NCBI RefSeq assembly: GCF_964204645.1
Contig: NC_134035.1
Location: forward strand, 2,976,001 to 3,040,000
DNA length: 64,000 bases
Direction of reading: 5' to 3'
Origin: Tubulanus polymorphus
Lineage: Eukaryota; Animalia; Nemertea
This document shows positions 1 through 12,499 of this stretch, piece by piece. Position numbers and translations under genes: made by a program. The notes below the pieces were generated by a model. That model worked only from the letters and a program-made list of their open reading frames with translations. It was not told the DNA's origin and did not search any database. Each line of letters starts with the position of its first letter. Positions within the stretch are counted from its first letter, which is position 1.

Positions 1-41
1 GAAAGATGACAGCACCTGTCAAACATAGTGAAATACTAGTA

Positions 42-610
42 CCGTATTTTCCGGCCTCAGATTTTTACCCAAAATATCGTGATTGGGCGGATACGATCTG
101 ACATAAAAAATCACTTCCCGATCTATGCCACTCTAATGCTCCCAATGATCGTCAAAATCAAGAAAAGTGGTCGATATTTATTTGAGGTCATTATTTACTA
201 CCAATTATAATCTATTTTGAACTATTTTATTTTTACTTTGATTGTTCCATCACCGCACAGCGGCAATGGTATACATTTATATAACGCGCGAGTTCATCGT
301 ACTACCACGTGTCAGTTCATACATTAGTACATATGCAAATCAGCAGTGAGCCGCTGTACTGCGTGTATGGCTGTGTGTATAGTAATCAGCTGAGTGAGTC
401 TATATATAGCACAGTCACTCGGCGATGATAGTATACACAGCACTCTCACACATCGGCCAGCCTCTTAAATCGTCAATTAAGACAAACTAATTGACAAATC
501 ATTGAATTAAAATCTCTGATGAAGGGCCTCGGCTGATTGGGCGAAGCTTTATGAAATCCATGTATTTTAGGCTAAAAAACTCCCTCCAGCTTATTGGCCG
601 AAAAATACGG
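42..610. mobile_element. Tc1/mariner-pogo-type MITE (TIR CCGTATTTTYCGGCC, TA target duplication)
   Basis: ta|ccgtattttccggcc at 40-56 and ggccgaaaaatacgg|ta at 596-612. The uninterrupted host sequence is present in reverse at ~34912-35070. Confidence 0.8.
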
Positions 611-752
611 TAGCTAATGATACACCGTGCCGCGGTGTAGACGCACTATAGTGGTATTCCCGTTATTCAACAAACTAGGGCAGAATTTTTCAAAATTTTA
701 AAATTATCTCCAGCACTATAAGCTATTGATCAGTCAGCACTGAAAGGGTTAA
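611..752 (+). mobile_element. piggyBac-like element terminus (...CAGCACTGAAAGGG|TTAA)
   Basis: Ends in AGGG-TTAA; homologous in reverse to 34912-35070, which starts TTAA-CCCTTTCAGTGCTG. Confidence 0.6.
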
Positions 753-784
753 TGATGAAATTTTATAATCGATTCTAAGTGTAA

Positions 785-1006
785 GGCTAAACAAAAATGA
801 TACCTTGTTTCTCCGCAGCGGCCGGGTCATTTTTGTAAAATATGATAAAATTTGTAAACAGTTCATTTCTATAGCAGCCGGGTCTGTTATGGTAAAATTG
901 ATCACGATTTTAAAAAAAAAGTAATGTATAGGGTAGATAGGCGGCCGGCCGGGTCAACATTTAAGCTCAGCAGAGCGGAGAAACAAGGTATCAATTTTTT
1001 TTAGCC
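785..1006. mobile_element. PIF/Harbinger-type MITE
   Basis: TIRs ggctaaacaaaaatgataccttgtttctccgc / gcggagaaacaaggtatcaattttttttagcc, flanked by TAA (782-784) and TAA (1007-1009). Confidence 0.75.
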
Positions 1007-2739
1007 TAAGATATTCTTCATCTAAGTGGGTCCAAGTCTAATTGGGTCCAAGAGTCAGTTTCTCGAAAATTGTACAGCTATTTTCTATTTCGACTTGACT
1101 TGCACATCAGGTGTCCTAGCTCAGTCAGTTTTAGTGGTATATACCTGATAGAAGTCTTATTAGGACCAGAAAGGACTGGCAGTTGACGAAAAACATTGTT
1201 TTCTGATCCATTCTACACTGTATTTAAGGATTGCAAAAAAGTCTTCATTGAAAACAGTTAAAATAAAGAAAAGTGGCTCTATGATTCTAACATTCTAACA
1301 AAAGTGGCTCTATGATTCCAACATTAAATTCTAACAATTTATTTCCATGCCTACATAGCAAACTTCAGTTGCTAAGGCTTTTTTGTAATCATTTGATACA
1401 GTGTGCAATGGATTAAAAAACGACTGCCCCTCAGTAAGTTTAGGTAGTATATACCTGATATTAAAGAAACGGGTCAAAAGGGTAAGCACAGATGGGCAGC
1501 TGATCTAAAAGCATCGGTTCCATTTAAACTGCATTGAGGGATACCCTAAATCTTCTTTAACTCAAATGATCTTCAATACAACGTAAAATGGATTAAATAT
1601 CAAAGTTTAAGGTTGGCCGCCTATCTGTGCCATCTCATTTGAGACCTTTATAACAGGTTACGTACTACCAAAACTGACTGAGCTAGGCCACCTGATGTGC
1701 GGCCAAATCTAGTTGAAATAGAAATTAATCGAAAAACAATATTCTTTACCAACACTAATGGATACAAAAATCTTGTAAAACCAGGGCCAACTAAAATCGG
1801 GGAAGCAATTTCATCACATAAATTTGACACCAAAATCTATTTCATGGCTCAGTATTTTATGAGAATAGATAATTCTAGAATATAATAATATTTTGCCTAT
1901 TATTTGTTGATTTGTATCAACATCATCCGCAGCTAATAGTGATCTAAGGTCTCAGTGAGTTGTATTGTATTCAAACAACTGTAAGACATGCCGTTACATT
2001 TTGAGCAGCCAGGGTTTGACTAGTTCGCCATCTAGTGGATACTATGAATTCGTGTCTATCGGATTAAATTGTCAGCTGGCAGATGAGCTTGGCAAGAAAG
2101 TTTTTCAAATCGATTCTAAAAATATTTACATTTAATTCAGTTTATCTCACCAATAAATTTTTTGTGAAACTGACCCCTGGACCTAATTAGACTAGGCCCT
2201 ACGTGAAGAAAATCTTACTCTAAAATCGCTTTTAAATTACTCCAACACGGGTGCATATTGAATCGATTTAGGATTAATTTCGTTTTGGGAAAATGTACCC
2301 AGGGTCGTATATTTCATATAGGCAGCTATCAGGATCCAGTTTCACAGTTCTGGACCCAGTTCCACAGTTGTAAGTTAGAGCTAACTGAGTTCATTTTCAA
2401 TGTTTTAACTACAATCAATTTTGAACTCAGATTTAGAGTTCAGGTTTAAAGCAAATTGAAATGAACTAATTTTAACTCAAAGTAAAACAAAGATGAAACC
2501 GAGATCGAATGCTGATTTTCAGATGCAGCTCTCAATTCAGAATAATTCTTATCAAAATAATTTCTGATCTTTAGGACTAATGACCCTTCATTTCACACCC
2601 CTTAACACTGGACAAAAATGAACTCAGCTAGCTCTACCCCAACCTGGAAGCTTTGTTTATTTTCTACCCTTAGCTACGTATAAAGCTCGGGTCTAAAATC
2701 AAAACTTCACTTCAAAAACTTAGGCCTAGTTTACAAAAA

Positions 2740-3300
2740 AAATGGCCACCGGGCTGAAGAGGTAGGATAGGAGGGAGAGGGATCGCCGCCGACGGGGCTT
2801 TGTTTCTTCAGTTTTCTTCTGCCGTTCGTTCGACCATCTCATTTTTTCAACCAGTCGCTGCTGTGATGATATTCTCCTGCATAAATTTGAGATCTCAAAA
2901 AGATCGGCCTCAAGAATATCGGCGGCGATCAGGATTGAGGAGCGGGATGGGTGCGGAAAGTGGCGCCATTTCAGACGACGGAATATCGAGTTAAAACATC
3001 GTCTGAAATATCAGTTTACATCAATAGATGATCGTCAAAAATTATTTCTGCGCCGTCCAAACGACCTCTTCTGTGATATTGGCCGTAAAATCTACCGCAA
3101 AACGATCCGATTTAACGGATGTAAAGAGATTTAAATCGAAAAAAATCACCAACACGTTTACTTACATCGCTCGATTTAGCATGAATGATAATGCGCGCAA
3201 CGGGCGAGCCAATCACCGTGACGGAAACAATAGGATCCAATCAACGGAACGGATACTATCGGATGCCGGACCACGTGGTGTGTTTGAATCGGTGGCACTC
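2740..3300. promoter_or_regulatory. Putative CpG-rich promoter / 5' exon region
   Basis: Locally CpG-rich; CCAAT boxes (~3209, ~3237), CACGTG (~3272), AAAATGGC (~2739). No convincing CDS. Confidence 0.3.
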
Positions 3301-3560
3301 GGATACGGATTCTATAACCGAACCGTCGAAATGATATATCATTATCAATTTCAATTGATGTATCGAAATATCAATTCGACTATCGATAGAAATAGAAATG
3401 ATTATATCGTAGATCTTTTAATATCAGTATCGGATTTTTTTATAGATTTTACGGACGCCCGACGACCAAACAACTCACATCATCCTCGATTGCCAGGGGC
3501 CGTATGAAACGTTGAACGCGGACTGCGTATCGGCCATCGGCGCTATCTAGGCTATGAACC

Positions 3561-4328
3561 CAGGGGCGGATACAGGGGTCGCACCTGCGGCACGTGCGAC
3601 CCCTTGAATTTGTGAAGTGCCCTTTTCAAAAAGATTCTCGTGAAAATACAGCGCCTGCAAAATCCGACGTCCGGACCTATGAAATTAATTAGAATTTGAA
3701 TTATTGCGGAAAAGGGCACTTTATATTGCAAAAAATGGCACGTTTCATTGAATCAATTGCCAAAAGGCACGTTATATTGTCAAGAAGGGCACATATATTG
3801 CGAAAAAGGGCACGTTCATTTGCAAAAAATTAAGAAAAGGGCTCCAAAAATAGTTTGAAAAATCCTGTTATGGGCACGATTGATCTCCAAAATGAGGGCG
3901 CATGTGTTCAATCATATTACCGTACTGATGTGCTCTGACAGGGCACAACTCTGTGACTATCGGCACGTTCAAATTGCCAAAAAAATTCTAAAGGCACATC
4001 GTATTGCCATAAGGGCACGTTCATAAAAATTCAGAAAAGGGCTCAAAAATAGTTGGCTCAAAAAAATGACTAATAACTATCACATTCTAAAAGGGGCACA
4101 TTCAAATTGCAATAAATACTAAGAGTGGTTTGTTATTGCCTAAAATTCAGACAAGGCTATTTTGATGCCTCAGATGCTCTGATAGCTGGGCTTCAAATTT
4201 TTAACTGATTCTAAACCCCTTGGTGGCTTCGTACCTTCGGTGCTCGCCTCGTCGTGGTAATACAAATCCGGACAGGTGCCCTCTTGAATGAGTGCTACCC
4301 CTTGAATTTGGGCCTAGATCCGCCCCTG
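3561..4328. mobile_element. Non-autonomous hAT-like DNA transposon with 5-bp TSD
   Basis: TIR CAGGGGCGGAT...ATCCGCCCCTG; GAACC on both flanks (3556-3560, 4329-4333); internal GGGCAC repeats. Confidence 0.75.
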
Positions 4329-4731
4329 GAACCGAAACCAACCAAACACTTTCAAAAATAACTTGAAACCTTATTTAGAAGTAATTGCGATTAAGATTTC
4401 ATCCCCGGCTTTAATTACTCTTGTTAGCTCATGTTTTATTAGTAAAAATGTTCATGTAAGTCCCAGACGAAGTCTCTTGATATTTCGGCTAAAACATTTA
4501 CATGGTGTATTGTTTTTATATACTTGTAATCGATTTTAATAAATTAATCGATTTTCAATCGTCATTGTAATAATTTTGTTCTTTTTGAATAAATTTCTTT
4601 TTAATGTTTCGGATAATTCTATTGATTTTCCTTGTGTAACAATGAGTGAATTGCTAGCTACCTCCTGAGGGAGAGACTCTCTTTAGTGCCTGCGGACCAT
4701 GGGGGAGACCATGGGGGAGAACATGGAAGAG

Positions 4732-5878
4732 GCGTATCTCTTTAACACCCGTATTGCTCGGGTTAGTTTTACTACCAACGGGTGGCGCTGTATGTAAATT
4801 TCACATAAATCAACGACTTTCGGCTATTAGCGGTACTTAAGACCACTTGAAAACATCATAGTCAATTACGGTAGTAGTGAAAATAAAAAGATACAGTACA
4901 AAGATACAGTACGGTGTACAGTTAAGGACATGATTCCATAGCACCCATACTAGAGACATTTTATTCAGACAAGGACTATTAGTTAAACATAATCTTCATG
5001 ACATTTTCAGCAATTAATGATCTGTTATATTAATTAGTAATTCAGTCTTTCGGTGGTTCGAGATAAAATGCCCGCAAAATAAGAACCTAACGAACCAGGG
5101 CTGACCACAAATTGCCCACCAGATAAATTTTCGAAACGACACAATCCAATCATGTTTGGTATCAAATAACTCGTGGCTCGGACCATTGTCTATTAACTGA
5201 CCACTGCATGACCAGTACCATATATAGTAAATTATTTGTTTTGCAAACAATTAAGTTGTTTGGTGTCAAACAACTAGAAATGATGAGGGCATTAATCTAA
5301 AAATTGTTTAACTGACCAATACTTGACCAGTACTGACCAGTTATCAGTGCTAACCATAAGCCCCCATAAGTAATTTATATGTTTAGTAAAGCCATAAAAT
5401 CGTGTTTGGGCGTCGAGCGACTAAATATGGCGCGGGCTATGATCTAACAACTATTTAACTGACCAATTTTTTTACCAATACTGACCTTTAAGTAATTTGT
5501 CTATTTTAGAAGCAACACAGTCGTGTTTGGTGTCTAATAATTAGATATTGTGTGGGCTTTCATCTAACAACACTATTCAAACTGACCAAATCTTGACCAA
5601 TACTGACCACATAGCTATATTTATCTGTTTCAGGAACAACTTAGTCGTGTCTGGTATCAAATGATTTCATTTGGCCTGAACGTAAATATAACATCTCTTT
5701 TACATGTAAGCTACACAAGTTCTTTCTAATTACCGGTTAAATGTTTTTAGAAATGACACGGGGTTTTGCCTGAACCCTTCGTTAGTACTACTAGCTCTTA
5801 TATTTAAATTTGTCGCTTGAAAAGTCTTGTCAGATTTTTATAGTAGGTAGCGAGCTAACTTTGGAATTTCCTACTAAA
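4732..5878 (+). repeat. Copy 1 of ~1.15 kb local direct duplication
   Basis: Nearly identical to 6295-7832 apart from an insertion in copy 2; ORFs 5014..5250 and 6968..7204 are near-identical. Confidence 0.9.
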
Positions 5879-6371
5879 GTCTATCCCAGTGGTTATGATC
5901 GCGGTGCATCAAACAGTTCATATCATCGCAGATCTGGAACCCTGTGGTTTCTATGTGCTCAACCCTGCAAGTAACTGAGGTCAGGCAACTACTACATTCA
6001 AGAGTGAATAATACTAAAGTTTTCCCATCCTGGTCATTCACTTCTCTTTATTCCTCTAGATTTGGTTTTTTCTTGTATATTCTCAAAAGGGCTGCCAAAT
6101 AGCAGTGAAAACGTGTGGACTCCAGTCAGGTCCAGGCTTCTACTTATCAGAAATTATTGAAACATGAAACATGAAGCTAGGTCAATAAGCAATTTCTTTT
6201 TATGAATGACTTTAAGAAAACTGGAAAAAGAGAAACATCGGTACCGGTATTGTACCGGTACATTTTTTGCCATTATGAGAATGCCGGTTTGCTAGCGTAT
6301 CTCTCTAACACCCGTATTGCTCGGGTTAGTTTTACTACCAACGGGTGGCGCTGTATGTAAATTTCACATAA

Positions 6372-6756
<385 letters not shown>

Positions 6757-9700
6757 ACATAAATCAACGACTTTCGGCTATTAGCGGTACTTAAGACCAC
6801 TTGAAAACATCATAGTCAATTACGGTAGTAGTGAAAATAAAAAGGTACAGTACAAAGATACAGTACGGTGTACAGTTAAGGACATGATTCCATAGCACCC
6901 ATACTAGAGACATTTTATTCAGACAAGGACTATTAGTTAAACATAATCTTCATGACATTTTCAGCAATTAATGATCTGTTATATTAATTAGTAATTCAGT
7001 CTTTCGGTGGTTCGAGATAAAATGCCCGCAAAATAAGAACCTAACGAACCAGGGCTGACCACAAATTGCCCAACAGATAAATTTTCGAAACGACACAATC
7101 CAATCATGTTTGGTATCAAATAACTCGTGGCTCGGACCATGGTCTATTAACTGACCACTGCATGACCAGTACCATATATAGTAAATTATTTGTTTTGCAA
7201 ACAATTAAGTTGTTTGGTGTCAAATAACTAGAAATGATGTGGGCATTAATCTAAAAATTGTTTAACTGACCAATACTTGACCAGTACTGACCAGTTATCA
7301 GTGCAAACCATAACCCCCCATAAGTAATTTATATGTTTAGTAAAGCCATAAAATCGTGTTTGGGCGTCGAGCGACTAAATATGGCGCGGGCTATGATCTA
7401 ACAACTATTTAACTGACCAATTTTTTTACCAATACTGACCAATACTTTAAGTAATTTGTCTATTTTAGAAGCAACGCAGTCGTGTTTGGTGTCTAATAAT
7501 TAGATATTGTGTGGGCTTTCATCTAACAACACTATTCCAACTGACCAAATGTTGACCAATACTGACCACATAGCTATATTTATCTGTTTCAGAAACAACT
7601 TAGTCGTGTCTGGTATCAAATGATTTAATTTGGCCTGAACGTAAATATAACAGCTCTTCTACATGTAAGCTACACAAGTTCTCTCTAATTACCGGTTAAA
7701 TGTTTTTAGAAATGACACGGGGTTTTGCCTGAACCCTTCGTTAGAACTACTAGCTCTTATATTTAAATTTGTCGCTTGAAAAGTCTTGTCAGATTTATAG
7801 GTAGTGAGCTAACTTTGGAATTTCCTACTAAATTCCAAAGATTTATCTCGTGGGGTTTTGAACGAACTATGTTGCGCTTTGTAACGTGTGCATTTGAGCC
7901 TGTAACGTGCACATTTCACTCGCGTGAACGTGCGTATCGGTATCAATATGCGAGACTTGTTCAAGACGTATAAACTGAACATTAAAGAAGATATTATATC
8001 ACATCATATATATGAATATAGAAGGAATGATAATGTAGTAGTTTCGTAGCTGCTGTCCACTGACCACAGATCAAAGTTAATCGCCTGATATGAAGTATAT
8101 ATTAATGTGTTATAGGGATGTAGTAGTTCAGCGAGAATTCAAACTTATGGGTAATTCTGAGTGATCACTCAAAATTACCCATAAGTTTACGCTGACCAAT
8201 AGAGAAAGCTGTAAGGCCTAAGAAAAGATGCATTAAGTATAACGTATCTTTCAATATAATGAAGAAGTATTCAATTGGCCATCTGATCACAACAATAGTG
8301 TGACTTGTCTTATTGAAGCAATTGTAAAATACCGGAGAGTAAATTGGAGAACCCTGAATTCAAAACAATTCCACACTCAATCGTTTACTTTGAAAACACA
8401 ATTTACAATTTGTGGACATGCATTTTTTCTGCACGAAAAGCATGAAGTATATTATATTTGCTTGTAAAAATTTGAAGTTTTCGGGGAAGATTTTTGGCCT
8501 AACCTGTGACCATGTCCTTCATATATTTTCTTCATATAAGACCGACCCTTCGAATAATGCTGAGAGTTTCGAGGAAAATTATGGTAGGATGTAAACTTAG
8601 GCCGCTTCGTATCCGTGGAAGGTTGCTAATTATTGATTCTATACACAATAATCATAAGTACGTAACATGAGACTCGATAGAATATCGTTTTTCAATCATA
8701 CGTACGCGAATTATCGCGATATAAAGATAAATGGTACTTTAATATACTTGTTAAGTCTTATAATGTTTATTTCTTTAGTAGTAGTACAAATCAAGAGTGG
8801 ATCTGCAGGCCACCTGAGACTATTCCACGATCTAAGGTCAGTTGCCAAAAGTTAGTAAGTTTTCCAGTGGATAGTTAACATTAACAATGACAATTAAAAC
8901 TTCATTGCTAAAATAACTTTGTACTTGTAGAATAGTCACACTCAAATGCGGAGAATCGATAATACGATAATACGATACGAAAACTCACTGTGTACAAACA
9001 AATTCAAAAGGATGATCTCTAGTGAGAAATTGAACGTTGTGTCGTAATGTTCTAGTGATAAAACTTGGTTTGAAATTTGAAATGTGTACATAGTGGATCT
9101 TTTACATATTAACAGTGTATTTGGCCATGTATCATATTGTATAATGGTTAATCTAAACTAACTGGTCCCAGAGTTGTATCCTTAATTCCTGTAATAGAGG
9201 ATGCAATCTTTTTGTGGCAAACAGTACAAATAGCTAGAAAAAGCAACGATAGTGCATTGGCAAACTTAAAGCAAGCGTACATTGGTTTGTTTAGGTTTTT
9301 CGTTGGGAAAATTAATGTTTAATCATTATTGAAATATCCGAGGCGAGCTTTTCCAGGAATTTACAAAGTTGAGCTTTACACAAGGAATGCTTTTGTAGTC
9401 CGATATCCGTGATTAACTCTGGCGTGGAGAGATACAATCTAAAACGTAGAGTCAAATATTTTACCACAATTTTCTATGATTAGTAAAAAGATTGAGTACC
9501 GGTAATAGACATAAACATGCAAACAGTAATATCTGAATTCCACTCCATTTCAAACTCATCTTTACACAAACTCCAACTTGTTGAACAGTTCAAAATCGCG
9601 TGGTTTGAATTATTGCGATAGCTAAAATTAGGGACCACGATACTTGCTCATCTACACTGGCTACCAATTTAACAAAGGATTGAATTTGAGTGTTTGATGT

Positions 9701-11570
9701 TGTAACAATACCATACTGAATTATGGTTTCAGTTTCTACTTTTTGATTGAACATTTATATCACATATTGGGCATCATTTTTACCAGTATATATGGAATAA
9801 CTTATCCATATATCATTTTTGATTTTATATAATCTGACTTTTGAGATGTCATTCAATCAATGCATTCATATGCGGTCGTCGCTTTCAATAGCCACCACGG
9901 ACTGGCTCCTTATTATCTCCTTAGCGATACCTTGGCGGACGATCTCACACGTTTCTTGCTCCAGCCCTAGAATGCTCAATTATAGTCGATATGAAAACCC
10001 GATTTGAATTAAAATTCTTAAAGACTCCTAAAAACACACCTGTTAATTCGATTACTCTAAAGCGCCTTTGAACATGCAAGAACCAGTGAAATAAAGAAGT
10101 TTCCAGTTTCTAGGCGCCATTTTGTGGCGGTCCCTCGAGGTCCCCATTGTTGCGATGATTTGCGCTCATTTTTAAAACATAAGTTTAGATTGAATATCAT
10201 ATAGTTCTGCAGCCCCTTGCTCGACGAAATCAATTTATACACCATTTTAAAGGAAATTAAATGCAGATATTTGCTGGCGATTCTTGGAATTTTTGAACTC
10301 AACAATTGAGAACAGTGACGATGTGAAACCAAGGACCGCATATCTTAACCGTGCGTAAAAGAAACCGCAATATCTATTAATTTTGAAATATCTAAAGTAT
10401 CTCTTGAAGCTTTATTTCCAATTTTAAGCCTGCGTTAAAATCTTTTGAATATCTTTTCTGACGACTGATCTGTACCCGCTTGAATTTGAGATTACGCGCA
10501 AAAGGGGTCTCCCACTGCGCATTGCAATTTCACTGAACATTGGGATTTGCGACAAGAAATCTTTAAATGCAATTTGATTTCTTCACATTTTCCATGGGGA
10601 TATTTTGAGATGATAATCCATATCTTGTTTGTACCGTATTTTGGCGGGGGCAATTCGTTTAGCTGGTTTCGGGGTCCGGTTTGTCCCGCTATTGAAGTTT
10701 GAACGGCCCAGTTGAGGAATTGTCGTATACAGCCCATCCAGCCTAGCGCCGATTTTGTGTTCGGTGAAATCAAACGTTTTAGAGTCGATGGTGAAATGTG
10801 CCAGTCAATTTAAACGCTTAGGACATATTTAACACATATCCCTCTCTGGTAATCCCTCATTCTGGGGTCATACGATGAATTTACTGAATCTCAACCTTCT
10901 TGCTGGAAAACATCGACCAGAAAACCTTACTGATAATTCCAATATAATATTTAAAGGGGTTCAGATCTGTCCCCCATTTGATATTCTGTTTTAGGGGGTC
11001 AACGTCCAGTTTGGCAACTTTCAGCTGCGCCACATATTCAAAAATATATAAAAACTTAGAATTTTTTTCTAGTGTCCAACCATGAGTGGTACATTCGGTT
11101 GAAACGCAAATTAGGTTCTCAACTAGGCCACATTTGCAACCAACACGGAAAGTCCCCACTCTTACAAGAAATCCTTTAATTTCCCAACGCTACAAAACTC
11201 GAATTCATCAAAACACGCAAAGTCCATTTTCAACCATACGAAAATAAAGGTAATATATAACCATCAGAAGCAATATTAGTAATTACAAACCAGTATAAAA
11301 TCTTATTTCTGCGATTTCTTTTCACAAATCTCAATGTTCAGTGAAATGGCGGCGCGCAGTGGGAGACCCCTTTTGCGCGTAATCTCAAACTCAAGCGGGT
11401 ACAGATCAGTCGTCAGTAAAGATATTCAAAAAATTTAACGCAGGCCTAAACTACAAATAACCCTCTTTAACCTCTGTGAAAATTGGAAATACAGCTTTAA
11501 GAGATACTTAGATATTTTAAAATTAATAAATATTGCGATTTCTTTTACGCGCGGTTAAGATATGCGGTCC

Positions 11571-12499
11571 GGTTCAAGTCCAGTATAGCATGGAATAGTT
11601 CCCGCTCAAGGATACATTTTTAGAAAAGCAGTAATTCGGCTGCGTATTTTTCAAGACAAACCGACATACCGACAAACCGACATACCGACAAACCGACGAA
11701 CCGACAAACCGACATACCGTTAAACCGACAAACTCGTATGCCCTCGATCCAGCCACGGGTAATCCACGGAAAAACCCTGTCCGTCGATCCTAGCCACATT
11801 ATATAAGGGTAATCCACTCAACCACACAGCCCCTCGATCCCAACAACTTTATAAAAGGGTAATCCACGCACCACACAGTCCCTCGATCCCAGCCACTTTA
11901 TATTAGGGTAATCCACGCACCACCCAGCCCCTCGATCCCAGCGACATTATATAAGGGTAATCCACGCACCACCCAGCCCCTCGATCCCAGCCACATTATA
12001 TAAGGGTAATCCACGCAACCACGCAGCCCCTTGATCCCAGCCACTTTATATAAGGGTAATCCACGCAACCACGCAGCCCCTCGATCCTAGCCACTTTATA
12101 TGAGGGAAATCGGCGGGTAATCCACGCATATACCCAGCCCCTCGATCCCAGCCACATTATATAAGGGTAATCCACGCAACCACGCAGCCCCTCGATCCCA
12201 GCCACTTTATATAAGGGTAATCCACGCACGGATTTGTCTTTTTGTCGGTTCGTCGGTGTGTCGGTATGTCGGTTCGTCGGTATGTCGGTTTGTCGGTTCG
12301 TCGGTTCGTCGGTTTGTCGGTTTGTCGGTTTGTCGGTTTGTCGGTTCGTCGGTTTGTCGGTATGTCGGTATGTTCGCACGTCCCTATGGCGTAATGTCGT
12401 AAGATTCAATCAGTCCAATATTGGCGGATTAATTCCAAATACCAGTCCAATGTGATAAGTCTCTGCTGGAACTATTTAATGCTATAATGGACTTGAGCC
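11571..12499. mobile_element. TIR element with inverted 8-bp subterminal repeats and a central ~50-bp minisatellite
   Basis: ggttcaagtccagtatagc...gctataatggacttgagcc; (CCGACAAA)n at ~11655-11732 mirrored by (TTTGTCGG)n at ~12240-12372. Confidence 0.75.
11740..12229 (+). repeat. 49-50 bp minisatellite, about 10 copies
   Basis: Unit ccctcgatcccagccactttatataagggtaatccacgcaaccacgcagc. Confidence 0.9.

Noticed and set aside
510-555. CTGATGA...GCGAAGCTT hammerhead candidate
   Set aside because: No GAAA, weak stem II, no stem I; lies inside a DNA MITE.
3028-3507. 159-aa ORF
   Set aside because: No recognisable domain; overlaps promoter-like sequence.
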